42,042 nt of DNA from the sequence record SRR31156797_5420; one strand, written 5' to 3'. Positions 10,163 through 19,512 of the stretch are shown here, piece after piece. Numbering within the stretch: position 1 is the first letter of the stretch; each line of letters starts with the position of its first letter. The notes under the pieces are model-generated. The model was not told the DNA's origin, did no database searches, and saw only the letters and a list, made by a program, of their open reading frames with translations. The position numbers were made by a program, and so were the translations under genes.

Positions 10163-10209
10163 GAGGGCCATGCGTATCTCCCCGGAGCGCGTGGTCCTCG
10201 TTTCTTTTG
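10163..10209 (+). terminator. Terminator after the small ORF
   Basis: GAGGGCCATGCG/CGCGTGGTCCTC 12-bp stem followed by GTTTCTTTT. Confidence 0.55.
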
Positions 10210-10248
10210 GAAGAAGGAAATATTGTTGCAGGGATGTTTTGTGAGGTC

Positions 10249-11229
10249 TTATTGCCGGAGAGAGTCCGGGCCGGGAAGGTTGATGACTTCGGTTCTGTTA
10301 CGGCCAGATTCTTTGGCTTGATAAAGGGCATTGTCGGCAGCCTGAAGAAGATGCTCGGGCGAAGATTCACAGGTTGGGATGCCGGAAGCAACACCTATTG
10401 AAACGGTAACGTTGGCGCCGACAGTGGAGTCTGGATGACCAAGGGCTAGTTGGGAGAGGTTTTCGTGGATGTTGTCAGCCACGGCTTTGGCGCCTTTATA
10501 GCCAGTGTTGGGAAGAATTATGGCAAATTCTTCACCGCCGTATCGGGCTACCAAATCGCCGGGACGATGCACAGATTCACGAAGAGCCTTGGCTACGGCG
10601 TAAAGACAGCCATCGCCATTCACATGACCGAGAGCATCGTTGTATTGCTTAAAATGATCAATATCGATCATGAGAAGGCCAAGAGGCTGATCTTCGCGTC
10701 CATTACGAACCCATTCGCAAACAAGAGTATCGTCGAAGCATCGTCGGTTTGCCAGTCCCGTCAATCCATCCTGATTAGACATGCGCTCCAGTTTGCGAGC
10801 CAGCTGTTCGAGTTCGCGTTCGCGCTTCATGCGTTTGATCATTTCTCGTCGCAATTGCAAAGCGGATCGGACTCGTGCCCGAAGTTCTGTTTTGCCCAGT
10901 GGCTTAACTATATAATCGGAAGCTCCGGCTGCAAAAGCTCGATCAAGGTTCGCCTTTCCGTCATCTTTTGTGATTGCAATGATAGGAATGTCTTGAAATT
11001 CATTATGGGATTTAATGGATAGAATTGCGGCAATGCCATCGGTGTCGGCAATATCTAGGTCGAGTAGGACAAGGTCGATAGGGGCATCAATCTTGGCGGC
11101 TAAAGAAAGTGAGCCAAGAGCCTCTTCCAAGGTCATGACTGCGGAAAGAGAGGTGTACCCTGCACTGTGAAGGATTACAGTCAGTTGGTCCACCGTGGAC
11201 GTGGAATCGTCGACAATGAGAATTTTCAT
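10249..11229 (-). CDS. Response-regulator diguanylate cyclase (REC-GGDEF)
   Basis: KILIVDD, LLD phospho-Asp, KP; DGLTGLANRR; RPGD I-site; GGEEF. Confidence 0.93.
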   Translation of the reverse strand: MKILIVDDSTSTVDQLTVILHSAGYTSLSAVMTLEEALGSLSLAAKIDAPIDLVLLDLDIADTDGIAAILSIKSHNEFQDIPIIAITKDDGKANLDRAFAAGASDYIVKPLGKTELRARVRSALQLRREMIKRMKRERELEQLARKLERMSNQDGLTGLANRRCFDDTLVCEWVRNGREDQPLGLLMIDIDHFKQYNDALGHVNGDGCLYAVAKALRESVHRPGDLVARYGGEEFAIILPNTGYKGAKAVADNIHENLSQLALGHPDSTVGANVTVSIGVASGIPTCESSPEHLLQAADNALYQAKESGRNRTEVINLPGPDSLRQ

Positions 11230-11480
11230 AGCTAATTTTGTCTAGCAAATATCCAGACTTTTGGCGAGTTACTAAATGTGACATGAATACGAAGAGTTGG
11301 TAGGCTTAAAAGCAGGCAGAGGTTCAAAGGGATGTTTAATCCTTTACTGTCACTGGTGTTGTTTTCAGTGATGATAATCTTTGTTATTATTTTGCAAAAA
11401 AGAATTGTGCAGTGTATCTTCTTCGGTAATGAGGATATTACTGTTACCTGAAGTCTTGACCATTTACATCCGGAGGCTCG

Positions 11481-12890
11481 ATGACTCGGCTTAAATCTGG
11501 TGTTCTCATTATTATTTTCTTGTTCACACTTTCCCTTTTCCCGTGCATTGCCCATGCGAATGGCAGTGGTGCGTTTGTCGCTGTTTACAATTCTGGTCGG
11601 GCTCTCGTTCGAGAGACGCGCGTTGTAACTCTTCCTGAAGGTCCTGCCGCCGTGGTCTTTACCGATATTCCTACCACCTTGGAACCAGCATCGGTGCGTG
11701 CAGCGGCGGAAGGGATGACGGTTAATGATGTTGAATACAGCTATCATCCCATCACCGCAGGCAATCTCCTTGATGCCTATGTCGGTAAGGAGTTGTCTGT
11801 AATTCTCCCTGATCCATCAGATGCAAATGCACGAATTTTACGACAGGCTACGTTGCTTTCCAATAAAGGACAGCCCGTCTTTTCTGTGGGGAACGAAGTC
11901 TATGTAGGGAATTTTGAGGCAGTGCTTTTGCCTAAACTGCCTAAAGATTTTGATAAGGAACCGACTTTGACCCTGACTACGCAGAGTGTAGCCGAAGGAA
12001 AGAAGAATGTTTCCCTGAGTTATCTTATGGGTGGAGTGAATTGGCGTGCTGATTATACCATGACATTGAGTAAGTCTGGCGCAATGGCTGATCTTGATGC
12101 CTGGGCCACAGTGACAAACAGCTCGGGGCGTGCGTTCAAAAGCGCTGATGTTCGGTTGGTTGCTGGCGATGTCCAACGTGCCCCTGCTCCCAGAATGGCA
12201 CGAAACAAAGGTGTTATGGTCATGGAGTCTGCATCTATGGATAGCGCGGGCGGCTATGCGTCTGAAGAATCTTTTTCTCAATATCACGTATACTCGGTTG
12301 GGCGGTATATCTCTTTGCCAGCCCAAGGATCCAAGCAGGTAGGTTTGTTTTCTGCGGTTGATTTTCCTGTAGAGCAGAAGTTAACAAGCCGTTTTCATAG
12401 TGGTCCCGGGAAGCGCACCGGCACAGTCTCTCAGCCGGTCGAGTTGGCATTGTCCTTTGAAAATACTGAACTTGGCAAACTTGGTCGTCCCATGCCTGAT
12501 GGTGTGGTGCGAGTTTTCATGCCCACTACGGATGGCACACAGCTGTTGGCGGGAGAGACGCGTATCAAACACACGGCAGTCGGGAGTGAAGTCCGTCTGG
12601 TGCTTGGTCGTTCATTTGATGTGACGGTTGAGCGCACGCAGACACATTTCAAGAAAGTGGGGAAAAATTCATTTGAAATAGGCTGGAAGATTACAGCAAG
12701 AAACGGCAAACAAGCGCCGCAGAATCTGACTCTTCAAGAATCATTTCCCGGCTCATGGAAAATTTTGTCTACTGATGCCGAATACACCGAGGCTGATTCA
12801 GGAACTATTGAGTTTGCACTCACGTCGTTGTTACCTTCCAAGGGAACGGAAGGTAAATCCATCAATTACATGGTAAGGATCGATTATTAG
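11481..12890 (+). CDS. DUF4139 domain exported protein
   Basis: Signal peptide; VAVYNSGRALVRE, SYLMGGVNWRADY, LVAGDV, PMPDGVVRVF motifs; GGAGG RBS. Confidence 0.75.
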   Translation: MTRLKSGVLIIIFLFTLSLFPCIAHANGSGAFVAVYNSGRALVRETRVVTLPEGPAAVVFTDIPTTLEPASVRAAAEGMTVNDVEYSYHPITAGNLLDAYVGKELSVILPDPSDANARILRQATLLSNKGQPVFSVGNEVYVGNFEAVLLPKLPKDFDKEPTLTLTTQSVAEGKKNVSLSYLMGGVNWRADYTMTLSKSGAMADLDAWATVTNSSGRAFKSADVRLVAGDVQRAPAPRMARNKGVMVMESASMDSAGGYASEESFSQYHVYSVGRYISLPAQGSKQVGLFSAVDFPVEQKLTSRFHSGPGKRTGTVSQPVELALSFENTELGKLGRPMPDGVVRVFMPTTDGTQLLAGETRIKHTAVGSEVRLVLGRSFDVTVERTQTHFKKVGKNSFEIGWKITARNGKQAPQNLTLQESFPGSWKILSTDAEYTEADSGTIEFALTSLLPSKGTEGKSINYMVRIDY

Positions 12891-12902
12891 AGGGGATGGC
12901 AT

Positions 12903-14114
12903 ATGCCGGATATCACACCTGTTACATTGAAGACGCTTAAGGATTTCTATGATCTCATGGCCGCGACTCGGACGGTGCGGTTCAATACTGTAGCATCGCT
13001 TCTAGAGGGTAACGGTGTGGTGGATGACGCCGTGGCATCTTTGACTCATGCTTTGGAGTCTCTGGAAGCTGTGCCTGAAGAGGACGGGAAGAAGATTCTG
13101 TCTTTGGATGGAGAACGAACCATTGCGCTCGACATGGAGTATGAAATCAATGAAACTCGAAAAGATATCTTTTATCTTGAAGAGGGTGAGGAAACTTTTT
13201 TGGAGTTTCTCGCTGATTTCCATTCTGGATTCGACGAGTTCGTGCGGGCCGGACATGAGTTGATCGAAGGTATTGATTTTAACACCTTTATTACTGATCG
13301 TGACGGGACTATCAACAATTATTGTGCTCGGTATCTTACCTCTATCCAATCCATTTACAATTCTGTTTTTTTGACACGGTTTGCGCAAAACAACGCTCGC
13401 AGGCCGGTTATTTTAACCTCAGCTCCGCTTGATGGGCTCATTGAAATCAGTGTCAATCCGGAAAGTGAGATGTATTATGCTGCGTCCAAGGGGCGTGAAT
13501 GCCTGGACTTGGAGGGGCGTATTCGCCGTTTGCCTATTCCCAAAGACAAACAAGAGGCTATGGATTGTCTGAATGCACGTTTGACTGAGTTGACGGGTCG
13601 GCCTGAATACCAAAAATTTACTTTTATCGGCTCTGGACTACAATTTAAATTCGGTCAATCCACTGTAGCGCGGCAGGATATAGGCTCATCAATTGACACA
13701 GCCGCCTCAGACGGTTTTCTCAAGACTCTTGAAGATCTGGTCACTGAGCTTGATCCTGAATCGAAAAACTTTCGTATCGAGGACACCGGTTTGGACGTGG
13801 AGATTATTCTCACGGTGGAGACCTCTGGTGATGGTCTTAAGGATTTTGATAAAGGGGACGGCGTCAAGTTCCTTAATTCCGAGTTGGATCTTCAGATGTT
13901 CCGTGGACCACATCTTATTTGTGGGGACACTGGTTCGGATGTCCCAATGCTGGAAGCTGCATTGGAACTGACTTCGGATGTGCGAGCAATTTATGTGACA
14001 CAGAATGAGGAATTGGCAAAGCGTGTAACCGGGCTGACGAGCAAGGCTTTGATCGTACCCGAACCGGATATGTTGGTCACTATTTTGGGCACGATGAGCC
14101 CTGCTATGCGATAA
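12903..14114 (+). CDS. HAD-family trehalose-6-phosphate phosphatase, nematode Gob-1/T6PP type with N-terminal helical domain
   Basis: HAD motif I FITDRDGT followed by NYCARYLTSIQS; ILTSAPL; FIGSGLQFK; DKGDGV; LICGDTGSDVPM; colinear with recalled Brugia/C. elegans T6PP motifs. Confidence 0.75.
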   Translation: MPDITPVTLKTLKDFYDLMAATRTVRFNTVASLLEGNGVVDDAVASLTHALESLEAVPEEDGKKILSLDGERTIALDMEYEINETRKDIFYLEEGEETFLEFLADFHSGFDEFVRAGHELIEGIDFNTFITDRDGTINNYCARYLTSIQSIYNSVFLTRFAQNNARRPVILTSAPLDGLIEISVNPESEMYYAASKGRECLDLEGRIRRLPIPKDKQEAMDCLNARLTELTGRPEYQKFTFIGSGLQFKFGQSTVARQDIGSSIDTAASDGFLKTLEDLVTELDPESKNFRIEDTGLDVEIILTVETSGDGLKDFDKGDGVKFLNSELDLQMFRGPHLICGDTGSDVPMLEAALELTSDVRAIYVTQNEELAKRVTGLTSKALIVPEPDMLVTILGTMSPAMR

Positions 14115-14140
14115 ACAACTCAGCTTTGAAGGAGCGATCC

Positions 14141-17100
14141 GTGTCTGCAATCACTCTTAAAGGTGTCGTCTTTGACTTGGACGGGGTTATCACCCGGACT
14201 GCACGAATTCATGGCGAGGCGTGGGAAACTGCATTTAATGAGTTTTTGAAGCATAACGCCGAGCAAACCAATATTCCTTTTGAGCCGTTTGATCGGACAG
14301 GGGATTATCATAATTATGTTGATGGCAAACCCCGATTTGAGGGGGTGCTGAGTTTTCTCAAGTCCCGTAACATTCGGTTGGCTCCCGGGACTCCTGAAGA
14401 TTCGCCGAGCCTGGATTCTGTGTGCGGAATCGGTAACCGAAAGAACGAGCTGTTTCAAAAAATCCTTAAGGATCAAGGACCGGAAGTTTTTCAAACGTCT
14501 GTCGACCTTATCGAGAATCTCAAGCAACAAGGTGTTCGGGTAGGGCTTGCCACATCCAGTCGGAATGGCAAGCTTGTGCTTGGACTGGCTGGTTTGGAAG
14601 ATGTTTTTGAAACGGTTGTGGATGGTGTGGTTTCGGCAGATGAAGGCCTGAAAGGTAAGCCTGAACCGGATATTTTTGTCACTGCCGCCCAAAATATGGG
14701 GCTGCATCCGGGTGAATGCGTGGTGGTAGAAGATGCCATTTCCGGTGTGCAGGCTGGATGCAAAGGGAATTTTGGCATGACGCTTGGGGTAGCCCGGAAT
14801 GTTCAGGGTGAGATGCTCAAGCGGTTTGGTGCCGACTGGGTCGTTTCAGACCTTGGTGAGATCACCGTGGACGATCTCATGGATTGGTTTGAAAGCGGGA
14901 TGGCTACTGATGAATGGTATCTCAGTTATCATGGTTTCGATCCGGGTGACGAAAAGTTGCGTGAGACTCTGACTGCCGTGGGTAACGGCTACCTCGGGAC
15001 ACGTGGAGCCTATGAGTGTGAGTGCGCGTCCTATTATTTTTATCCCGGTACATATATTTCCGGTGTATTCAACAAGACTCCAAGCGAAGTTCAGGGCCGC
15101 GAAATTTGGAACAATGATTTCGTTAATTGTCCGAATTGGTTGCCCGTATCCTTTAAAATCGGTTCCGGAGAATTTGTCAGCCCGTTGTCGATGGAGATTT
15201 TGAGTTACGCGCACCGGCTGAACATGCGTGAAGGGGTCATGGAACGGCATCTGGTGGTGAAAGATCAGGTGGGACGTATCTCTCGTATTTCCTCGCGGCG
15301 AGTGGCTTCCATGGCTGATCCGCATTTGCTGGCATTGAAGTTTGACTTTACGCCGCTCAACTATTCGGCAAAAGCCACGGTTCGTTGCTCTTTGGATGGC
15401 AATGTGAAAAACGATGGCGTGGCTCGATATTCCAGCCTCAACACCCTCCACTTAAATCGTGTGGGTGGTGGTAAGGCCGGTGACGGTATCTTCCTGCATA
15501 CAGAGACCTCTCACTCGCGATACCAAATTGTTATGGCGGCCAAGTCGCGGGTCATGGAAGATGGCAAACCGTTGGATGTCCGTAAGGATGTTCTTCAGGA
15601 TCGGTCAAAAATATCCGAGGAGATGCAAGTTTTCGTCCATGAAAACCACCGGTATTCATTGGAAAAATTCGTATACGTACGAACTTCACTTGATCGTGAG
15701 CCAGGTAATCTCAAGGAGATGTGCCTTGACGGGTTGAAGGGAGCCAAGACTTTTAAAGGTGTTTTTGGTCCTCATGCCAAGAGTTGGAAGGCTTTGTGGC
15801 AGAAAGCAGATATACGCGTAACCGGTGATCGGTTTGTTCAGCGAGTGCTCAGGCTGCACATTTTTCATCTTTTGGTCACCGCCAGCCCACATAACGTCAA
15901 TCGCGACGCGGGTATGCCTGCCCGGGGGCTGCACGGTGAAGCGTATCGAGGTCATATCTTTTGGGATGAAGTGTATATTCAACCATTTTATGATGCGAAT
16001 TTCCCGGAGATATCCAAGGCACTTCTTTTGTATCGCTACAACCGACTGGATGCGGCCCGTGAATACGCCAAGGAAAACGGATATGTCGGTGCGATGTACC
16101 CATGGCAGACCGCAGACGATGGTTCCGAGGAAACGCAGGAAGTTCATTACAATCCAGAATCCAAGGACTGGGGACCAGACCTTTCGCGACGTCAGCGGCA
16201 TGTTTCAATCGCTGTTTTCGTCAATACATGGCGATATGTTTCTTGTACGAGTGACAAGCGCTTTTTGACGGATTATGGCGCTGAAATGATGCTTGATATC
16301 GCTCGGTTCTGGGGCGGTATTGCTACTTTTGAAAAAAGTACAGGCAAGTATCACATAGAAGGGATCATGGGGCCTGATGAGTTCCATGAGGCCTTGCCCG
16401 GAAGTGATGAACCGGGTGTGCGTGACAATGCGTACACAAATATTATGGTCGTTTGGCTTTTGGAAAAATCACTTGAAATATTGGATCAACTGCCTTCCAA
16501 GGTGAGGGAGAAGATGGTTGCCAAGATTGGCTTGACCGACGAGGACATTGCCAAGTGGCAGGCCATGACCACACAACTCAATGTTATCATGACTGAGGAT
16601 GGCATTATCAGCCAGTTTGATGGCTATATGGGATTGGATGAGCTGGACTGGGAAGGGTATCGGAAACGCTTTTATTCCATCCATCGAATGGACCGCATTC
16701 TTAAGGCGGAGGGTGATAACCCGGATCATTACAAGGTTGCCAAGCAGGCTGATACGTTAATGACGTGGTACATCCTTGAGCCTGAGGAAGTGGCGCGAAT
16801 TCTTAATCAGCTTGGACACAAGGTGGACGACCCGCTTAAATTGCTCAAAGATAATTATGACTTTTATGAGCAACGTACGAGTCACGGTTCAACCTTGTCC
16901 AAAGTGGTGCACGCGGTTATTTCTCGATATATCTATTCCAGTGAAATATCATGGGATTGGTTCATGGAGGCTATGGAAAGCGATATTCGTGATACTCAGG
17001 GTGGAACGACTATTGAGGGTGTGCATACTGGTGTAATGGCCGGAACTTTGGAAGTGTTGAAACAGGATTTCGCCGGATTGAATATGTCGTGTTCACCTAT

Positions 17101-17314
17101 GCGGGTGGATCCTGAATTGCCTGCGCATTGGGGGGAAATGCGATTCAGTTTCATTTGGCAATCCATTTGGTTTGATCTTGTGATTGAGCCGGATCGTGTG
17201 AATATGACCGCTTACCACAAGGGAGACAAGGTCGTTCCCGTGGAAATCTTTGGCAAACCGTATAATCTCAAGCCCGGTATGACAGTGGAGGCCCGGCGGT
17301 CTCGTTCTGCATAA
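14141..17314 (+). CDS. Beta-phosphoglucomutase-like HAD domain fused to a GH65 disaccharide(-phosphate) phosphorylase
   Basis: GTG start at 14141 after AAGGAG; FDLDGVIT, GKPEPDIF, VVEDA; GH65 motifs GNGYLGTRG, RGLHGEAYRGHIFWDE, GPDEFHE (catalytic Glu), KQAD, HGSTLS. Confidence 0.9.
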   Translation: MSAITLKGVVFDLDGVITRTARIHGEAWETAFNEFLKHNAEQTNIPFEPFDRTGDYHNYVDGKPRFEGVLSFLKSRNIRLAPGTPEDSPSLDSVCGIGNRKNELFQKILKDQGPEVFQTSVDLIENLKQQGVRVGLATSSRNGKLVLGLAGLEDVFETVVDGVVSADEGLKGKPEPDIFVTAAQNMGLHPGECVVVEDAISGVQAGCKGNFGMTLGVARNVQGEMLKRFGADWVVSDLGEITVDDLMDWFESGMATDEWYLSYHGFDPGDEKLRETLTAVGNGYLGTRGAYECECASYYFYPGTYISGVFNKTPSEVQGREIWNNDFVNCPNWLPVSFKIGSGEFVSPLSMEILSYAHRLNMREGVMERHLVVKDQVGRISRISSRRVASMADPHLLALKFDFTPLNYSAKATVRCSLDGNVKNDGVARYSSLNTLHLNRVGGGKAGDGIFLHTETSHSRYQIVMAAKSRVMEDGKPLDVRKDVLQDRSKISEEMQVFVHENHRYSLEKFVYVRTSLDREPGNLKEMCLDGLKGAKTFKGVFGPHAKSWKALWQKADIRVTGDRFVQRVLRLHIFHLLVTASPHNVNRDAGMPARGLHGEAYRGHIFWDEVYIQPFYDANFPEISKALLLYRYNRLDAAREYAKENGYVGAMYPWQTADDGSEETQEVHYNPESKDWGPDLSRRQRHVSIAVFVNTWRYVSCTSDKRFLTDYGAEMMLDIARFWGGIATFEKSTGKYHIEGIMGPDEFHEALPGSDEPGVRDNAYTNIMVVWLLEKSLEILDQLPSKVREKMVAKIGLTDEDIAKWQAMTTQLNVIMTEDGIISQFDGYMGLDELDWEGYRKRFYSIHRMDRILKAEGDNPDHYKVAKQADTLMTWYILEPEEVARILNQLGHKVDDPLKLLKDNYDFYEQRTSHGSTLSKVVHAVISRYIYSSEISWDWFMEAMESDIRDTQGGTTIEGVHTGVMAGTLEVLKQDFAGLNMSCSPMRVDPELPAHWGEMRFSFIWQSIWFDLVIEPDRVNMTAYHKGDKVVPVEIFGKPYNLKPGMTVEARRSRSA

Positions 17315-17328
17315 TACGGATTTTAGGG

Positions 17329-17357
17329 AGCCCGCTGTTGAGCGGGTTTCTTTTTTG
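17329..17357 (+). terminator. Rho-independent terminator
   Basis: AGCCCGCT-gttg-AGCGGGTT followed by a T-tract. Confidence 0.6.
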
Positions 17358-17471
17358 TGATGTGGTTTTTTATGGATGACACATGAATAAGCTTGCATCC
17401 TGAAGGGAAGGAAGGTACTGAGTCGCCTCGCCGAAGTAAAATTTCGGCAATTCTTTTTTTCAGGAGTTTCC

Positions 17472-18569
17472 ATGTCACTCAGTATTGGTATCGTCGGCCT
17501 GCCCAATGTCGGCAAATCTACCCTGTTTAACGCACTCACCAAAGCACAGAATGCTGAAAGCGCAAACTACGCTTTTTGTACCATCGAACCGAACAAGGCC
17601 GTGGTGCCGGTCCCGGACAGCCGCCTTGATGTTTTATCCGATTTGGTCAAGCCGCAACGAGTCCAGAGTTCTACTGTGGATTTCGTAGATATCGCCGGTT
17701 TGGTGGCTGGTGCCAGTAAGGGCGAGGGTCTTGGGAATAAATTTCTTGGCAACATTCGTGAGACACAGGCCATTTTGCATGTGGTTCGGTGTTTTGATGA
17801 TGACGATGTCATCCATGTCGCCAATTCAGTTGACCCACTGCGTGATATAGACGTCATTGAAACCGAGCTGATTCTGGCCGACGTTCAGGTCTTGGAAAGT
17901 AGGCTAGAGCGCATGGAAAAACAACTCAAGGGTGACAAAACATTGGCCCCGAAGATTGAGGTCGCCAAAAAGTTGTTGGCCCATATGGACGAAGGGCAAC
18001 CTGTCAGTACTTTCGATAGCGAAAGCAAGGCTTTGGAAGAGTTGTTGGTGGAGCTTCGGTTGATCACAGCCAAGAACGTCATTTATTGTGCTAATGTAGA
18101 TGAAGAAGGCGTTGTCGAGGATAATGATTATGTGAAGGCTGTCCGTGCATTATCTGAAGAGCGTGGCGCCGAATTTGTCAAAATTTCTGCTCGGATGGAA
18201 GAGGAATTAGTTGGCCTTGAAGATGAAGATTATCAAGAGTTTCTTGAGTCCTACGGCATTGAAGAATCCGGCCTGCACCAGATCATTCGTACAGGTTTTC
18301 ATTCACTTGGGTTGATTAGTTATTTTACAGCTGGCGTGAAGGAAGTCCGTGCCTGGACCATTCATGAGGGCGATAAAGCGCCTCAGGCTGCAGGTGTCAT
18401 TCATACCGATTTTGAGCGTGGATTTATTCGTGCCGAAATTGCTAGCTACGATCATTTTGTGGAGTACGGCTCCGAGTCAAAATGCCGCAGTGAAGGCGTG
18501 TTACGCGTTGAAGGTAAAGATTACGTGATGAAGGACGGGGACGTGACGCATTTTTTGTTTAACGTTTAG
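17472..18569 (+). CDS. ychF: Ribosome-binding ATPase YchF
   Basis: GIVGLPNVGKSTLFN, FCTIEPN, DIAGLV, GEGLGNKFL, IHTDFERGFIRAE, TGS domain. Confidence 0.97.
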   Translation: MSLSIGIVGLPNVGKSTLFNALTKAQNAESANYAFCTIEPNKAVVPVPDSRLDVLSDLVKPQRVQSSTVDFVDIAGLVAGASKGEGLGNKFLGNIRETQAILHVVRCFDDDDVIHVANSVDPLRDIDVIETELILADVQVLESRLERMEKQLKGDKTLAPKIEVAKKLLAHMDEGQPVSTFDSESKALEELLVELRLITAKNVIYCANVDEEGVVEDNDYVKAVRALSEERGAEFVKISARMEEELVGLEDEDYQEFLESYGIEESGLHQIIRTGFHSLGLISYFTAGVKEVRAWTIHEGDKAPQAAGVIHTDFERGFIRAEIASYDHFVEYGSESKCRSEGVLRVEGKDYVMKDGDVTHFLFNV

Positions 18570-18612
18570 CATTACTTTGCCTGTTATTATTACAGAAATT
18601 CCTCAATAATTG

Positions 18613-18641
18613 AGACCTCGTCGGAAACGGCGAGGTCTTTT
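18613..18641 (+). terminator. Rho-independent terminator
   Basis: AGACCTCGTCG-gaaa-CGGCGAGGTCT followed by TTT. Confidence 0.8.
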
Positions 18642-18729
18642 GTTTGTGAAAGTGATAGCTATTCTAATAGTATAATCGTCATGATTTTGTTAAAAATTAG
18701 CAAAGATTATACTTCGGGGGAGGGGGGCG

Positions 18730-19512
18730 ATGAAGGTTCTGTTTGTTCGGATTGTTTTTTTTGTGTGTTTGATGTGTCCTTCAGCATATGGTGGAGGGAG
18801 CCTCGTGTTTGGTGTGGAAGATCGTGACTGGGCAGGGCATTATCAATGGGCCAACGGAGAATTGACTGGTATTGATGCCGACGTGCTTCGTACGGTTGCG
18901 AATCGGTTGGGGTATTCTATTGTTTTCATGCCCCTGCCGTGGCCACGGGTTATGCTTATGGCAAAAGAAAAGTCGATTGACGGGGTTCTCGATTTGGCTC
19001 CAACAGCACAACGAAAAAAGTTTCTTTCCTATGCCAGTACGCCTATTTCCATGGAGTCGACAGTGTTTTGGGTGAAAAAAGGAAGTTCTTTTCACTATTC
19101 CGGTGCATTTGATTCATCCATGAGAATCGGGTTGATGCATGGTTCTGATTGGAGCGATAGGTTTGCTCGTGAAGGTATGCCTACTGTAGAGGTTTTTTAT
19201 TCCTATCAAGCTGTTTTTAACAGTTTGATTGCCGGTAGAATTGAGGCGTTTGGAGGACACCTTGCTCCGACTCGCGATCAAGCTCGTAGATTGGGTTTTG
19301 AGGATAAAATAGAACCTTCTGAGCCTATACTCCATGGTTTGTCTTACTTCATTGCCTTTACACAGAAAGGAGATCACATTCGGCTGGCTCAGACGTTTTC
19401 TGATGCTTTGAAAGTCTTTTACAAGAGTGCTGAATATGATCGTTTGTTAGAGCAATACGGTGGTGTTGATATTCGTCGTTGGCTGAAGTCAGAAGAAGGA
19501 AAAGTCCGATAA
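18730..19512 (+). CDS. Family-3 periplasmic substrate-binding protein (paralogue 1)
   Basis: Signal peptide; GIDAD, PWPR, GRIEAF motifs of SBP_bac_3-like proteins. Confidence 0.8.
   Translation: MKVLFVRIVFFVCLMCPSAYGGGSLVFGVEDRDWAGHYQWANGELTGIDADVLRTVANRLGYSIVFMPLPWPRVMLMAKEKSIDGVLDLAPTAQRKKFLSYASTPISMESTVFWVKKGSSFHYSGAFDSSMRIGLMHGSDWSDRFAREGMPTVEVFYSYQAVFNSLIAGRIEAFGGHLAPTRDQARRLGFEDKIEPSEPILHGLSYFIAFTQKGDHIRLAQTFSDALKVFYKSAEYDRLLEQYGGVDIRRWLKSEEGKVR

Noticed and set aside
12903-14114. Trehalose-6-phosphate synthase (OtsA)
   Set aside because: It has no GT20 glycosyltransferase motifs; HAD phosphatase motifs are present instead.
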